In this document: positions 10,355 to 21,130 of the stretch, piece after piece
How positions within the stretch are numbered: the stretch's first letter is position 1
Layout of the letters: each line of letters begins with the position of its first letter
Made by a program: the position numbers and the translations under genes
Assembly: GCA_965226885.1 (NCBI GenBank)
Contig: CBDDEL010000009.1
Span: forward strand, 128,001 to 192,000
Source: Opitutales bacterium
GTDB lineage: Bacteria; Verrucomicrobiota; Verrucomicrobiia; Opitutales; UBA2987
Direction: 5' to 3'
Length of the DNA stretch: 64,000 nucleotides
Notes under the pieces: model-generated
What the model was told of the DNA's origin: nothing
Databases searched by the model: none
The model's input: only the letters and a program-made list of their open reading frames with translations

Positions 10355-12177
10355 GAGGCTGTCCCAAAAGGGTGATTTTTGCGAGGGCTTTTGATAGGCG
10401 CTCATTTTAGAGGTATTTGCATTTGGGAGAGTATCAACTTTGCTCTCCTATGACGTTAGGATACTGGTTTTGGGGTCCGGTTGCCTGATTTTCTTTGTAT
10501 GAGCCGACAGTACGGCTGTGAAAAAGTATTGTCCTTGCTTTTCCGCTCTCTAGGCCGCCGCTTTGGTTTTTAGTTCGTCTTGCTGGGCCAGCATCTTGGC
10601 TACTTTCCATAGGTTGTGCGAGAGTACCGACCAGGCTACGCTGATCGAGCGGTTGGCAAAGCCTTTGCTGCGCAACCGCCCGGCCTGCCAGCGATTCTTC
10701 AATACCCCGATCCGCCCTTCGGTGCTGGCCCGGCGCTTTTGCAATTGTCTGAACAGTGGTTCCTTCATCCGTTTTTTCAACTGCTTCGGATCGCGTGGAC
10801 AGAGCGCGTCGTAGATTCCCTCCTGGGCTAACTGCCGGCGGGCCCGCTGGGAGGCAAATCCCCGGTCCGCGCACATGGCCGCTATGGGTTCTTCCAGGTT
10901 GAAGCGGTTCTGTCTTTGCAAACTCTCTTGCATTTGTTCATTTTCGCTTGGAGTTCGGCTGCCGTAGAGTTTCCAGTCCAGCAGGTACCCTTCAACGCTT
11001 TCTCCCAAAAACAGGGTGTTGCCGAACTCGACCTCTTGGCCCGCTTTACCTCGCACAATCACCTGCCCATCGAGTTCGTAAACACTCAAGACTTTCTCTG
11101 CGTTTTTCACCTGGCGGCCGCCAATGATCCGCTCGTGCGCCTGTTTGATGACCACCGGGATTTGCTCGCTCATGCGCTCCATCCGGGCGAGGATCTGTTG
11201 GACCTGTTTTTCGCTGTAATCGCTTTGCTCCCAGCAGGCTTGCAATAATTCCCGGTGACTGCGGGCATGCTCCCCGATCCGTTTGAGCAGCTTTTTCATC
11301 TGCCTCAAGATACCCTTGCGCTGCCGCGCGCTGTCCTTTCGCCGCCGGCTGTGGGTCATCTGTATGCACAGCCGATTCATCTGCCGAGCCAAGGGCTCCG
11401 GTTCGATCGGCATGCGATGGCGCACACCGGCCTTCTCGCGGATCAGCCGGATCGCTTTGAGCAACGTGCCGGCTACATCCTTGAGTAATACCCAGTCCGT
11501 CGGCCAATGAATGTTAGCCTCCAAACAGGTGCCGTCGATCAGGCAAATGGTGGTGTCAATCGGCTTGTCCAATCCCACCTGCCGGGCCAGAAGGGCATCG
11601 CCCACCACCTCAGTCAAGGTCCGGTGCAAGGCCCTCAACTGCTCTTCGCTGAAAAACTTCGAGGCCCGCTCCAGGGTGCTTTTGGAGATGCCCCTGATGC
11701 CATCGATCTGCCGGACACGGCAAAAGTCGGCCAACAGATCGCTGCTGCCCAGAGCCCGCGACAAATGCCGAAACGAAATCCCTCCGAGCAGACGGCCCAG
11801 CGTATCCATGCGCAGTGCCTTGATGGCAAAACTGGCCCGCTGCCGCCGGGCCTTTAGACCCATTGGCGGCCACCCCTCCAAGGCCAGCTCAATGGCCTGC
11901 GATTCCACCTCCGAGTCGATCAGCAGCCGATCGATTCGATCAATGGTGGCGCGGAAGTTATCGTCATCGAGGCACCGGTCGACCACAGTTAAAGCTGGAC
12001 GCAGGAGGCATTGGATGGCTATATTTTTCATAGAAAGGGCTATATTGATTTTGATTTTCGCTAACTCAATTATAGAACCCTTTTTTGGCCGGATCGAGCA
12101 AAAACTTGCTCTTTCCGGCTCTTTTTATCAACGTCATCCAGTTGACTATAAAATCTTTATATTTTTGGGACAGCCTC
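10355..12177 (-). mobile_element. IS5-like/ISNCY insertion sequence, copy 1 (1823 bp)
   Basis: IRs GAGGCTGTCCCAAAA/TTTTGGGACAGCCTC flanked by TA; three near-identical copies in window. Confidence 0.9.
10550..12031 (-). CDS. DDE transposase (IS5-like/ISNCY)
   Basis: DGTCLEANIHWPTD, RGKAGQEVEFG, ADRGF, RR...EGRIG.LK motifs. Confidence 0.88.
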   Translation of the reverse strand: MKNIAIQCLLRPALTVVDRCLDDDNFRATIDRIDRLLIDSEVESQAIELALEGWPPMGLKARRQRASFAIKALRMDTLGRLLGGISFRHLSRALGSSDLLADFCRVRQIDGIRGISKSTLERASKFFSEEQLRALHRTLTEVVGDALLARQVGLDKPIDTTICLIDGTCLEANIHWPTDWVLLKDVAGTLLKAIRLIREKAGVRHRMPIEPEPLARQMNRLCIQMTHSRRRKDSARQRKGILRQMKKLLKRIGEHARSHRELLQACWEQSDYSEKQVQQILARMERMSEQIPVVIKQAHERIIGGRQVKNAEKVLSVYELDGQVIVRGKAGQEVEFGNTLFLGESVEGYLLDWKLYGSRTPSENEQMQESLQRQNRFNLEEPIAAMCADRGFASQRARRQLAQEGIYDALCPRDPKQLKKRMKEPLFRQLQKRRASTEGRIGVLKNRWQAGRLRSKGFANRSISVAWSVLSHNLWKVAKMLAQQDELKTKAAA

Positions 12178-12266
12178 TAACTAGTGGCTTTTTTCTTTTC
12201 ATCTTCATCAATGTTAAAAAATAAAGGTGGCGTCTTTGAAATACCCATCCAACCAATTTTGCAGTA

Positions 12267-12308
12267 TAGTTTGCTGCCAACATAAGTTAGTTTGCTGCCA
12301 ACATAAGT
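12267..12308. repeat. Exact 21-bp tandem duplication (TAGTTTGCTGCCAACATAAGT x2)
   Basis: Read directly from sequence. Confidence 0.95.
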
Positions 12309-12403
12309 CAATCAGTTTGTGTCCGGTTAACACGGCAACGAACAACCCCAATTCAGGGGTTCATCCCCCCTTTACAGAAAAAATTTTGATCGGCATTTGA
12401 CTA

Positions 12404-13536
12404 ATACCAAATCGCAAAAGGATTGATAAAGATTAAAAAACAGCTATAAAGGCGGAATGAGAAGATATATGGGAACCGATGAAGACCGTGAACGTATCAA
12501 GAAATTGCTCAACAAAGAGGCTGTCGGCTGGCGTAAAGAGCGTTTGGTGGCATTAAAAATGGGCTTCCAGCCGCACCACAGCATTGATGAAATTGGAGCC
12601 ATCGTGGGCCGAGGCAAAGCGACGATCCAGCGTTGGTTTGACAAATATCGTGCTGCAGGGCTCGGGGCGGTGCTTACACGCGCCTACAAAGGCGGGATCA
12701 AAAGCCGTTGCGACAAAGAGGTGGAGGCCTTCTTGCTCAATGGTTTGAAGGTCGCGCGCTGGAACACAGCCGTTCAGGCGGGGCAAGAGCTGGAGCGACA
12801 TTTCGGGCGCTCCTTCGCCTACAAGACGGTGTGGCGATGGCTAAAAAAATGCGCCGGGGTGCTTCGAGTCCCTCGCCCCGTGCATGAGAAACGGGACTCG
12901 GCAAAAGCGGAAGCGTTCAAGCGAGACTTTTTTAAGATCCTCCAGGAGCTTTCCCTCACCCGAGGCAATCGGGTTCGGGTGTGGTTTGCCGATGAAAGCC
13001 GTTTTGGTTTGCTTCCGGTGTACCGCCGGTGCTGGACGCAAAGAGGGCTTCGGCCGCACAAAAAATATCAGACAAGATACCAGTGGAGCTACTGTTACGG
13101 AGCCCTCGACGTGGTCAACGGCGAGATGGTATGCATCCAAACCCCTAGCACGAATCTACAGTGGACGGAGGCTTTCCTCCAACAGATCAAAAAGCAATAT
13201 CCTGAGGAGGAACATGTGGTTGTATGGGACGGGGCAGGCTTCCATCCGCACGACTCGGAGCACCCCAACGTCCCCCCGGGCATACATATCGTGAATTTGC
13301 CGCCGTATAGTCCTGAACTCAACCCGATTGAAAGACTTTGGGATATGATACAGGATCAAACGGCCAACAAACTGTGGCCGAGCATTGAGCGACTCGAAGA
13401 AGTCGTCGCAACCCATCTCAAAGACTGGTGGGAGGACACTGAAAAAGTCCTCTCTTTAGTTGGCGGAGGCTGGCAGCACATTCAAGCAAACGCTTCTGCC
13501 AAATAACTTATTATCATACCTAATGAGATTTGGTAT
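12404..13536 (+). mobile_element. IS630-family insertion sequence (ends +/-1 bp)
   Basis: IRs ATACCAAATC/GATTTGGTAT with adjacent TA dinucleotides. Confidence 0.88.
12457..13506 (+). CDS. IS630-family transposase
   Basis: FADESRFG, WDGAGFH, LPPYSPELNPIE motifs. Confidence 0.94.
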   Translation: MRRYMGTDEDRERIKKLLNKEAVGWRKERLVALKMGFQPHHSIDEIGAIVGRGKATIQRWFDKYRAAGLGAVLTRAYKGGIKSRCDKEVEAFLLNGLKVARWNTAVQAGQELERHFGRSFAYKTVWRWLKKCAGVLRVPRPVHEKRDSAKAEAFKRDFFKILQELSLTRGNRVRVWFADESRFGLLPVYRRCWTQRGLRPHKKYQTRYQWSYCYGALDVVNGEMVCIQTPSTNLQWTEAFLQQIKKQYPEEEHVVVWDGAGFHPHDSEHPNVPPGIHIVNLPPYSPELNPIERLWDMIQDQTANKLWPSIERLEEVVATHLKDWWEDTEKVLSLVGGGWQHIQANASAK

Positions 13537-13651
13537 AATACGTATATCGCCACCAGGGAAAACAACCAATCCCCGCCCCCCGGCATAGGATTTGTCAAAA
13601 GATTTGCCATAAACACGTCATATACTGACAAATCCATTCACCTTATAGCAT

Positions 13652-13700
13652 TTGGTTGCCATTGCAACAGGCTATTGGTTGCCATTGCAACAGGCTATTG
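13652..13700. repeat. Exact 23-bp tandem duplication (TTGGTTGCCATTGCAACAGGCTA x2 + TTG)
   Basis: Read directly; about 50 bp from the tRNA 3' end. Confidence 0.93.
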
Positions 13701-13748
13701 ATTCAGCCTGTAATCCCCTTAAACAAGCGGGAAACTGCTTAAATATAA

Positions 13749-13824
<76 letters not shown>

Positions 13825-14061
13825 AGATTTGATAATTATTTATCAAAGACTTAGAGGATTTTTTCTCAATTCTAATAAGGTCTTAGCTTACTTAAGCTGA
13901 GCATACCTTAAATCCTGTTGAACTTTAGTATTTTGGTGGAATCCAGGTCAAGTCAATGGTATTAATATCCCGAGCGGTCAGACAGGATGGCAGGCTGCCT
14001 TGTAACTTCAACGCAAGCAGATTCAATATGAATTATGAACGTTGACTTCTTTTGCAGTATG

Positions 14062-14673
14062 TTACTCCGATGCCGGGGAGGAGACTTGCACTTTTATAGG
14101 CACTTTGAGCTTTTCCCAATGTAGGTTGAGAATGGCGGAATTATCGGTCAGATTGCTAAAATAATAGGCCAGCCATTCGTTGTGTTCTGCTTCGGACGGG
14201 GACACCGTTACGCGGAGGGCGTCTTCCTCTGCATTATAGGAGTAGCTTCCCCATGAGGTGCTGTTTTTACTGAAGATGACCACCCATTCTTCTTTGCCGG
14301 GGATCATGTGTATTCCATAGGTGCCCGCAGCCAGGCTTTCGCCTTCTACTTTGACGTCCTGTGATAATTCAATGGTGGTGTTCTCATTGGCGCCAGCGCG
14401 CCAGGGAAACTCCTTACCTTTGGTGTATTTGATGCCTGGATGCATTCCGTAGGGGACCAAATCTCCCCAAACCTTCCGCCCCTTTACGCCTGGACGGCAA
14501 TATTTTATGGAAATATCCGTCAGCCCAATCCGTTGTGTAACGGTGGCGTTCGGACTCGGGCGTGCTTTTTCCTGAGCTTGAATCTCGATTGGGCTAAAGA
14601 TCAACGGCAGCAAAATCATGACGGTGAACAAGCATCTTGGTAAAGGAAGGGGGTTTTTCATAGCGATCTCCAT
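14062..14673 (-). CDS. DUF2911 family exported protein
   Basis: Signal peptide; RPSP.A.V.Q.IG, YCRPGVKGR, WRAGANENT motifs. Confidence 0.88.
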   Translation of the reverse strand: MEIAMKNPLPLPRCLFTVMILLPLIFSPIEIQAQEKARPSPNATVTQRIGLTDISIKYCRPGVKGRKVWGDLVPYGMHPGIKYTKGKEFPWRAGANENTTIELSQDVKVEGESLAAGTYGIHMIPGKEEWVVIFSKNSTSWGSYSYNAEEDALRVTVSPSEAEHNEWLAYYFSNLTDNSAILNLHWEKLKVPIKVQVSSPASE

Positions 14674-14930
14674 AGGTTTGTTGATTCAAATAAGGTCCCA
14701 TACTATAAGTAGTTTTCCTGAGCCTTGGTAACAATTTTTAGACAAACCGTAGTTATTTATTACCAAACTGCCAATAAAAGAATACAACAAGGTTTCAAAA
14801 TACCGCCAACTGAAATTTCGTTTAAGCATCTGGAATCGCTTTCCATGTGCAGCGTTGCAGGATGCGGGCGGGAAAAACCGGCTTGGCAAATTGTTTTTAT
14901 AGCCTATCTTGAGCGGATTTGGAGGGGATT

Positions 14931-15878
14931 ATGCCAATTGAAACAAAGAGAAATCCACAGGCCGGAAAAACCGGCTGTCAACGGATCGGCTGGAAAGATC
15001 TGGATGAAAGCTATTTGCGCCAGCTTATTCTCCTGGCCAAGGAGGAAGACCTGGCGGGGGCCGGCCTGGCCACATTGCCCGCCTTTCCCGGCGACGCCAC
15101 CACCGAGGCTTTGGCTTCCAAAAAAACCGGGCGGGCGGGCCTCACCGCGCGCGTTCCTCTGATTCCGTGCGGGCTTGCCCTGGTGCCCCTCGTTTTCAAG
15201 GTGTATGGAGGCGGCTGTCAATGGGCTCCCCTGGCTGAGGATGGCCGGAAAGTGGCTGCGGGAACTTGTTTGGGCACGATTTCGGGTCCGGTCTCCATCC
15301 TGCTGCAGGCAGAACGGGTGGCTCTAAACTTTCTACAACACTTAAGTGGCGTGGCTACCCAGACGGCTCGGTATGTGGAGGCTCTCGGCTGGTGCCGGAC
15401 CAGGCTTTTGGACACGCGCAAAACGACGCCTGGTTTACGTGTTCTGGAAAAATATGCGGTAGCCTGCGGAGGCGGGTGGAACCACCGCATTGGGTTGTTC
15501 GACCGCATAATGTTCAAAGACAACCATCTGGCGGCGGCGGGAGCGGAAGACAATGAGGGCAGCCGGCTGGCGCAAGCTGTCGAAAACGCGCGTAACCGCA
15601 CACCCGGGCTGCTGGTGGAAATCGAAGTAGATTCCCTGGCCCAAATCCCAGCCGTTCTGACGGTAAAACCGGACGTGATTTTATTAGACAATTTTTCCAA
15701 TGACGATCTAGCCGATGGCCTGGCCCTGATTGGGAACCGCGCCTGTACCGAAGCCAGTGGGGGAATCACCCTGGAAAGGCTTGCAAGCTTGGCCGACATC
15801 GGTTTGGACTTTATTTCCTGCGGAGCGCTCATCCACCAGAGTTGCTGGAAGGATATCAGTTTTGAATGGCAGACTTAG
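14931..15878 (+). CDS. nadC: Nicotinate-nucleotide diphosphorylase (carboxylating)
   Basis: ERVALNFL, DTRKTTPGLR, NHR.GLFD, KDNH, EASGGI motifs; GGAGG RBS before ATG. Confidence 0.95.
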   Translation: MPIETKRNPQAGKTGCQRIGWKDLDESYLRQLILLAKEEDLAGAGLATLPAFPGDATTEALASKKTGRAGLTARVPLIPCGLALVPLVFKVYGGGCQWAPLAEDGRKVAAGTCLGTISGPVSILLQAERVALNFLQHLSGVATQTARYVEALGWCRTRLLDTRKTTPGLRVLEKYAVACGGGWNHRIGLFDRIMFKDNHLAAAGAEDNEGSRLAQAVENARNRTPGLLVEIEVDSLAQIPAVLTVKPDVILLDNFSNDDLADGLALIGNRACTEASGGITLERLASLADIGLDFISCGALIHQSCWKDISFEWQT

Positions 15879-15970
15879 TGGTATTTGCCACCCACTGATT
15901 TGCTATTGCAGAAAAGGCATTCCGGATCATGCTCTCAACCGTCTTTTATTAACAACCCTATACTCGTTGC

Positions 15971-16981
15971 ATGCCGGAATCCGATGCCATCATATTGCAA
16001 AGCCTGCTCAAAGCCTCGCCCGGCTATGTCTCCGGCAGTTCCATAGCTGAAACCCTCGGCATTTCACGGGTTGCGGTGTGGACCAGGCTGGAAAAACTGA
16101 AAGAGTCCGGGTTTGTCTTTGATGCTGTTCGGCATACCGGTTATCGGCTATTGGAAGAACCTGGCGAGCTGTACGGTCCTTTATTGAGGGCCTATCTTGC
16201 CCTCCAGGGATGCCGGACAAATCTTCTTTGTTATCCGGAAATCGACAGCACTAGCAGCGAGATGGAGAGGCAACTGGCCGGCGGCAGGGAAACACCCTTT
16301 GCCGTGCTCTCCTCCCACCAGCGCGAGGGTCGCGGGCGCCAGGGGCGCAACTGGCACAGCCCAGAGGAGGGAAACTGCTACTTCAGCCTTGGTTTTCGAC
16401 CACAAATGTCTCCCCGCAATATGCAGCTTTCTACTCTTTGGATGGGCGTTCATCTGTGCCGGGAAATAGAGGAGTTCAGTCAGTTGCCCCTCATGATTAA
16501 ATGGCCTAACGATCTGGTTCTCGGTGGGAAGAAAGTCGGCGGCATGCTGACCGAGGCCCGCATCGACTCCGATTCCACCCGGGACCTGATATTCGGCTTG
16601 GGGCTGAATGTGAACGGCCGTTGCCAGGATTGGCCGGAGGCGCTTGCCAATGGCGCCGCATCCCTGGCCGAGGCCAAAGGGAAGCCATTACCCATCAACC
16701 CCTTGTCGGCCCGACTGGTGGCTTGCGGGATGAGGGCTTTCAACGAATTTTGCCGGGGTATCGATGTGCCCAAATTTCGTCTTGTCTGGGATCGGTATGA
16801 TTGCCTCAAAGGCAAACGGATAAAGGCCCGCAGAGAAAATGAAATCCTTTGGGGCAGAGCCGACGGGATTGAAGACGATGGAGCCCTGCGGCTTTGCACG
16901 GACCAAGGGGAAGTGATAAAATTAAGGGCCGGCGATGTCAGCCTGGGCACGACGGAAACCCTGACGCATGGCAGCTTATGA
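15971..16981 (+). CDS. birA: Bifunctional biotin-protein ligase / repressor
   Basis: N-terminal HTH (SG..IA..LGISRVAVW), GRGRQGR.W.SP, KWPND, KVGGML.E. Confidence 0.93.
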   Translation: MPESDAIILQSLLKASPGYVSGSSIAETLGISRVAVWTRLEKLKESGFVFDAVRHTGYRLLEEPGELYGPLLRAYLALQGCRTNLLCYPEIDSTSSEMERQLAGGRETPFAVLSSHQREGRGRQGRNWHSPEEGNCYFSLGFRPQMSPRNMQLSTLWMGVHLCREIEEFSQLPLMIKWPNDLVLGGKKVGGMLTEARIDSDSTRDLIFGLGLNVNGRCQDWPEALANGAASLAEAKGKPLPINPLSARLVACGMRAFNEFCRGIDVPKFRLVWDRYDCLKGKRIKARRENEILWGRADGIEDDGALRLCTDQGEVIKLRAGDVSLGTTETLTHGSL

Positions 16982-17748
16982 GCATTCTGGCCATTAATAT
17001 CAACAATACCAATACTCAGCACGGTCTGGTTTGCCAAGGACGCGTAAGGCAACACGATTCCTTCTCCACAAAACTGCTGGAGGATCCTCAAAATGGGATT
17101 TTACCCATCCTGCAAAAGCATGCCTCCGGGGATTCCGCAGTTGAGGGACTGGCTTTCGGGTCCGTAGTCCCTCAGGCAACAGTGAAATTCCGCGAACTTA
17201 TGTCAAAAGCCGGTTGGGCCAAACCCATTTACCAGATTACCTGCGAAAATTGCCCATTGGAATTTAACTTTCCCGATGTGCGCGAAATCGGGCAGGATAT
17301 CCTGGCCAATGCAGTGGCCGGCAAAAAGATTTACGGCACGCCGGTGGTGGTCATCGATATGGGCACGGCCGTCACTTTCGACATTGTCTCGAGCAAAGGT
17401 TACGAAGGCGGCATCATCGCCCCGGGGCTGGCCGTCATCACCCGTTACCTGCATGAGCGAACCGCCTTACTGCCGGAACTGGATCCCAACGATTTAATGG
17501 TCTCGGCGGGAATCGGCAAGACTACCGTCGAGGCCATGAAATTGGGCTGCGCGGTCGGTTTCGAAGGCATGATCCGCGCCCTTCTGGACCGCGTCCTGCG
17601 GGAGTTGCGGGAACGCGGCGAAGGCCCGGCCAAAGTCGTGGCTACCGGCGGGAGCGCCGGGATGCTGCCCCAGACATGGCTCTCCGATATCGAGTTCAAC
17701 CCCCACATAACCTTGCTCGGGCTGGCCGAAGCCTATGCCGCACAATAA
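16978..17748 (+). CDS. coaX: Type III pantothenate kinase (with divergent motifs)
   Basis: SVVP, VIDMGTAVTFD, GGIIAPG, TALLP, VATGG; ATGA overlap with birA. Confidence 0.82.
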   Translation: MSILAININNTNTQHGLVCQGRVRQHDSFSTKLLEDPQNGILPILQKHASGDSAVEGLAFGSVVPQATVKFRELMSKAGWAKPIYQITCENCPLEFNFPDVREIGQDILANAVAGKKIYGTPVVVIDMGTAVTFDIVSSKGYEGGIIAPGLAVITRYLHERTALLPELDPNDLMVSAGIGKTTVEAMKLGCAVGFEGMIRALLDRVLRELRERGEGPAKVVATGGSAGMLPQTWLSDIEFNPHITLLGLAEAYAAQ

Positions 17749-17831
17749 TAAATTAAATTATCGAACAATTCCACCTCTTGGCGTTGTCTAAATATTAAAA
17801 AAATGTCCTTTCGGAAAATAAATTATTGATA

Positions 17832-18848
17832 ATGGCAGGGTACAGCATTGAGGTGCATAACCTCACCAAACGATACCACCGCCTCACCGCCATTGAAAAC
17901 GTTTCCTTCAACATCGAGCATGGGGAGGTAGTCGGTTTTTTGGGACCCAACGGGGCCGGAAAAAGCACTACCATGCGCATTTTGTGCGGGATTATTCCGG
18001 CTAGCTCGGGTGTGGCCAGGATTGGCGGGTTGTCCGTTGCCACCAGGATAGACGATGTCAAGCGGCTCATTGGCTATATGCCGGAAAACAATCCCCTGCC
18101 TGAGGATATGCGGGTGTTGGAATACCTGCGATTTCGGGCCCGCCTCAAAGAAATCCCGGCCAAAAGGTTACAGGACCGGCTGCAGGAAGTTCTCGAACTT
18201 TGCGATTTGAACCGAAAAACGAGCCGGAAAGTCATCGGCTCCTTGTCCAAGGGTTTCCGGCAGCGTGTGGGCATTGCCGATGCCATATTGGCCGAGCCCC
18301 AAGTCATCATCATGGACGAGCCCACCATCGGGCTGGACCCGCATCAAGTTCTTGCCATCAGAGATTTGATTGAATCCTTTCGTGGAAAGATGACCGTAAT
18401 CATATCTAGCCATGTCCTGGCCGAAGTCGAATTATCCTGCGACCGGGTGATCATCATCAATCACGGCCGCATCGTAGCCTCCGGCAATGCCGCATCTTTA
18501 CGCAGAGAATTTATCAATAAGGTCGATTACCGGATTGAAATGAAAGGCGATCTGGGCGGCCTGGGATCATTGCTGAAAGAGATTGAACCCGGCATGACCT
18601 GGGTGGCTATGGGAAAACCGGATAGTGAGGGCTTTCTCAACATTTCCTTATCCACGCCGAGAACAGAGGACCTCAGTGAACGAATCCTGGAAAAGTTTCA
18701 ACAACAGCCAGGTATCCGCCTGCGAGCATTCAACCGTGTGGAAGCCAAGCTGGAAGATATTTTTCTATCGGCCACCCGTCGAAGCTGGAAAGAGGTCATG
18801 ACGGCGGCAAAACGCAACGACCAGGATACGGAAAACGCCTCCACCTGA
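17832..18848 (+). CDS. ABC transporter ATP-binding protein (GldA-like)
   Basis: GPNGAGKST, LSKGFRQRVG, DEPT.GLDP. Confidence 0.9.
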   Translation: MAGYSIEVHNLTKRYHRLTAIENVSFNIEHGEVVGFLGPNGAGKSTTMRILCGIIPASSGVARIGGLSVATRIDDVKRLIGYMPENNPLPEDMRVLEYLRFRARLKEIPAKRLQDRLQEVLELCDLNRKTSRKVIGSLSKGFRQRVGIADAILAEPQVIIMDEPTIGLDPHQVLAIRDLIESFRGKMTVIISSHVLAEVELSCDRVIIINHGRIVASGNAASLRREFINKVDYRIEMKGDLGGLGSLLKEIEPGMTWVAMGKPDSEGFLNISLSTPRTEDLSERILEKFQQQPGIRLRAFNRVEAKLEDIFLSATRRSWKEVMTAAKRNDQDTENAST

Positions 18849-18869
18849 CCGGGAATACTTTAAGCCGCC

Positions 18870-19625
18870 ATGAAACATTTTTTCTGTCTTTTGCACCATG
18901 AATTGAGAGCCCTTTTCATCGCTCCCTCCACTTATTCAGCGGGGGTGCTCTTTTTAATCCTGATGGGCTGGATTTACTGGCGCATCCTTCTTCAATTCAG
19001 CCTGGCGCCTCAGGACGGTTTGCCCGCGAACATGTTTTTTCAACTTTTCTGGCTGCCGGTATTTTTCATGGTCCCATTGCTGACCATGAAAAGCGTGGCC
19101 GAAGAGCGCCGGCAAGGAACCCTGGAAACGCTCATGACCACACCGGTCAATGCATTGGAGATCATCGGCAGCAAGTTTTTTGCCGCCTATTTGTTTTATT
19201 GCCTGATGTGGCTGCTGACCCTGGCTTTTCCCTGGATCATCAGCATCGGTCTGGATTCTCCGGCCGCCAGCCGCCACCTTCTGGATCGTGGAACGCTGGT
19301 CGGCGGCTACACCTTTGTTGCCATCAGCGGTTTGCTTTTCATTGCGGTAGGCATTTTTTCGAGCAGTCTGACCCGCAGCCAGTTTGTCGCCGCCATGCTC
19401 AGTTTCTGCATCCTCTTTATCATTATCGTTGGGATGCGTGAATTGCAGGAAGAAACCATGGCCTGGTTACCTTGGCTGGGGGAGATCCTCAGCTATGTCC
19501 AGATTTTCAAACACCTAGAGGAATTCAGCCTCGGCATCATTGATACGCGACCCTTCTTTTTTTACATCAGTAACTGCGCCCTGGTTCTGGGCCTTTCCGT
19601 TGTAATGGTGGAGGCCAAAGTTTAA
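18870..19625 (+). CDS. ABC-2 permease (GldF-like)
   Basis: PLLTM...AEERRQGTLETLMT.P motif; six TM segments. Confidence 0.88.
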   Translation: MKHFFCLLHHELRALFIAPSTYSAGVLFLILMGWIYWRILLQFSLAPQDGLPANMFFQLFWLPVFFMVPLLTMKSVAEERRQGTLETLMTTPVNALEIIGSKFFAAYLFYCLMWLLTLAFPWIISIGLDSPAASRHLLDRGTLVGGYTFVAISGLLFIAVGIFSSSLTRSQFVAAMLSFCILFIIIVGMRELQEETMAWLPWLGEILSYVQIFKHLEEFSLGIIDTRPFFFYISNCALVLGLSVVMVEAKV

Positions 19626-19630
19626 AATTC

Positions 19631-21115
19631 ATGTTCCGGGCAGAAAATTTCAGGACCGTAAATTGGTGCAAACGCCTCAACCGGGGCGCGCAAATCCTTC
19701 TTGGCATCATTTTGATAGCCGGATTGAATTTTTTAGCGGTCAGGCATTTCAAACGTTTCGATCTTTCCCTCCATCGCGTCTATACACTTTCCCCGGAGAC
19801 GGTGGCGGAAATTAAAAAAATGGAGGCTGTGGCCAAAATCATTGTCACCATCCCGAAAGACGCTCCCGAAGCGCAGTTACGTCAAATCTACAAATATGTG
19901 CGCAGATTACTCAAAGAATACGAGTACGCCGGTCTGATAAACGGCGAACGGAAAATCGAGGTTGAATTTGTCGATATTTACAAGGAAATCAAAAAAGCGG
20001 ATTTTATATCGCGCACTTACGGGATTAGCCAGCCCAATGTCATCCTGGTGGTTTCGGGGAACAGGCGCCGGCAATTGCTTCCAACCGATATTGTTGAGCT
20101 GAAGGATGGCCTGCCCTCGGCTTATAAGGGCGAAAAAGCCTTTACCTCAGCTCTCATGGAGGTTTCCGGAAATCGTAGGCAAAAAGTATATTTTCTGACC
20201 GGTCATGGCGAAATGCGCCTTGACGATGTCGATCCCAGGCGAGGGCTTTCCGAGTTGGCGCAGCAGTTGAAGGACAGAAATATTGAACTGCAAACGCTCG
20301 ACCTGGCTGTTTTGACGGATGTGCCCGAAGATGCCGATCTGGTGGTCATAGCCTCTCCCCAGGGGCCCGTCATGAAGCACGAAGTTGAGAAATTGCGAAT
20401 TTACCTGGGCGACAATGCCGGGCGCCTGGTAATCCTCATCGATCCTTGGCGCAACCATGGGCTGGAAGACATTTTTTACGAATGGGGGATTTTGACTGAT
20501 GACATGCTGATCGTTGACGCAGGCCCGGACTTTCAGGAAACAAACGGCGATTTGCTCATACGAAGATTTGCCGAACACCCCATCACCGATATTTTATTGC
20601 AAAACCACATTCCCATCATTGTGGGGATAACCCGCCCGGTGCGTCTCGATCTAGGATCGCCCCCGGATGGGCGACTGAGCACGGTCCCGTTAATGGCATC
20701 GTCTGCCGATAGCTGGGCGGAGCGATCCTACCGGCAGGTCGAGAATATCGGGGATTTGAAATACGATTTCGATACCGACCTCAAGGGACCGGTCAGCATT
20801 GCTGCGGTGTCCGAGCGCAAGGTGTCATCGAAACTGGGTATTGACTTTTCGGGGGGGCGTCTGGTCGCATTCGGAAATTCCGATCTCATTGCCAACCAGC
20901 GGATCGGCGCCATCGGAAATTTCATGCTTTTTTTGAACACCGTCAACTGGTGCCTGGGCCGGGACAGGATGCTGGCCATACCGCCCCGGCCCATCGAGAA
21001 ATTTCAACTCACGGTCAGCGGGCAGGAACTGAACCGGCTCGGCTTATTGCTTTTAACCATCCCCGGACTGCTCGCAGTGATGGGAATTGCGGTCGGGTGG
21101 ATCCGCAGGAATTAA
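19631..21115 (+). CDS. GldG-family ABC auxiliary protein
   Basis: RFDLS...YTLS.ET, YFLTGHGE, N..LFLNTVNW, C-terminal TM. Confidence 0.88.
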   Translation: MFRAENFRTVNWCKRLNRGAQILLGIILIAGLNFLAVRHFKRFDLSLHRVYTLSPETVAEIKKMEAVAKIIVTIPKDAPEAQLRQIYKYVRRLLKEYEYAGLINGERKIEVEFVDIYKEIKKADFISRTYGISQPNVILVVSGNRRRQLLPTDIVELKDGLPSAYKGEKAFTSALMEVSGNRRQKVYFLTGHGEMRLDDVDPRRGLSELAQQLKDRNIELQTLDLAVLTDVPEDADLVVIASPQGPVMKHEVEKLRIYLGDNAGRLVILIDPWRNHGLEDIFYEWGILTDDMLIVDAGPDFQETNGDLLIRRFAEHPITDILLQNHIPIIVGITRPVRLDLGSPPDGRLSTVPLMASSADSWAERSYRQVENIGDLKYDFDTDLKGPVSIAAVSERKVSSKLGIDFSGGRLVAFGNSDLIANQRIGAIGNFMLFLNTVNWCLGRDRMLAIPPRPIEKFQLTVSGQELNRLGLLLLTIPGLLAVMGIAVGWIRRN

Positions 21116-21130
21116 TGGCAACTCAGATAA

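Noticed and set aside
12178..12248. Continuation of the HAMP gene across IS5-like copy 1
   Set aside because: Rejoining the flanks at TA places a TAG stop in the HAMP frame
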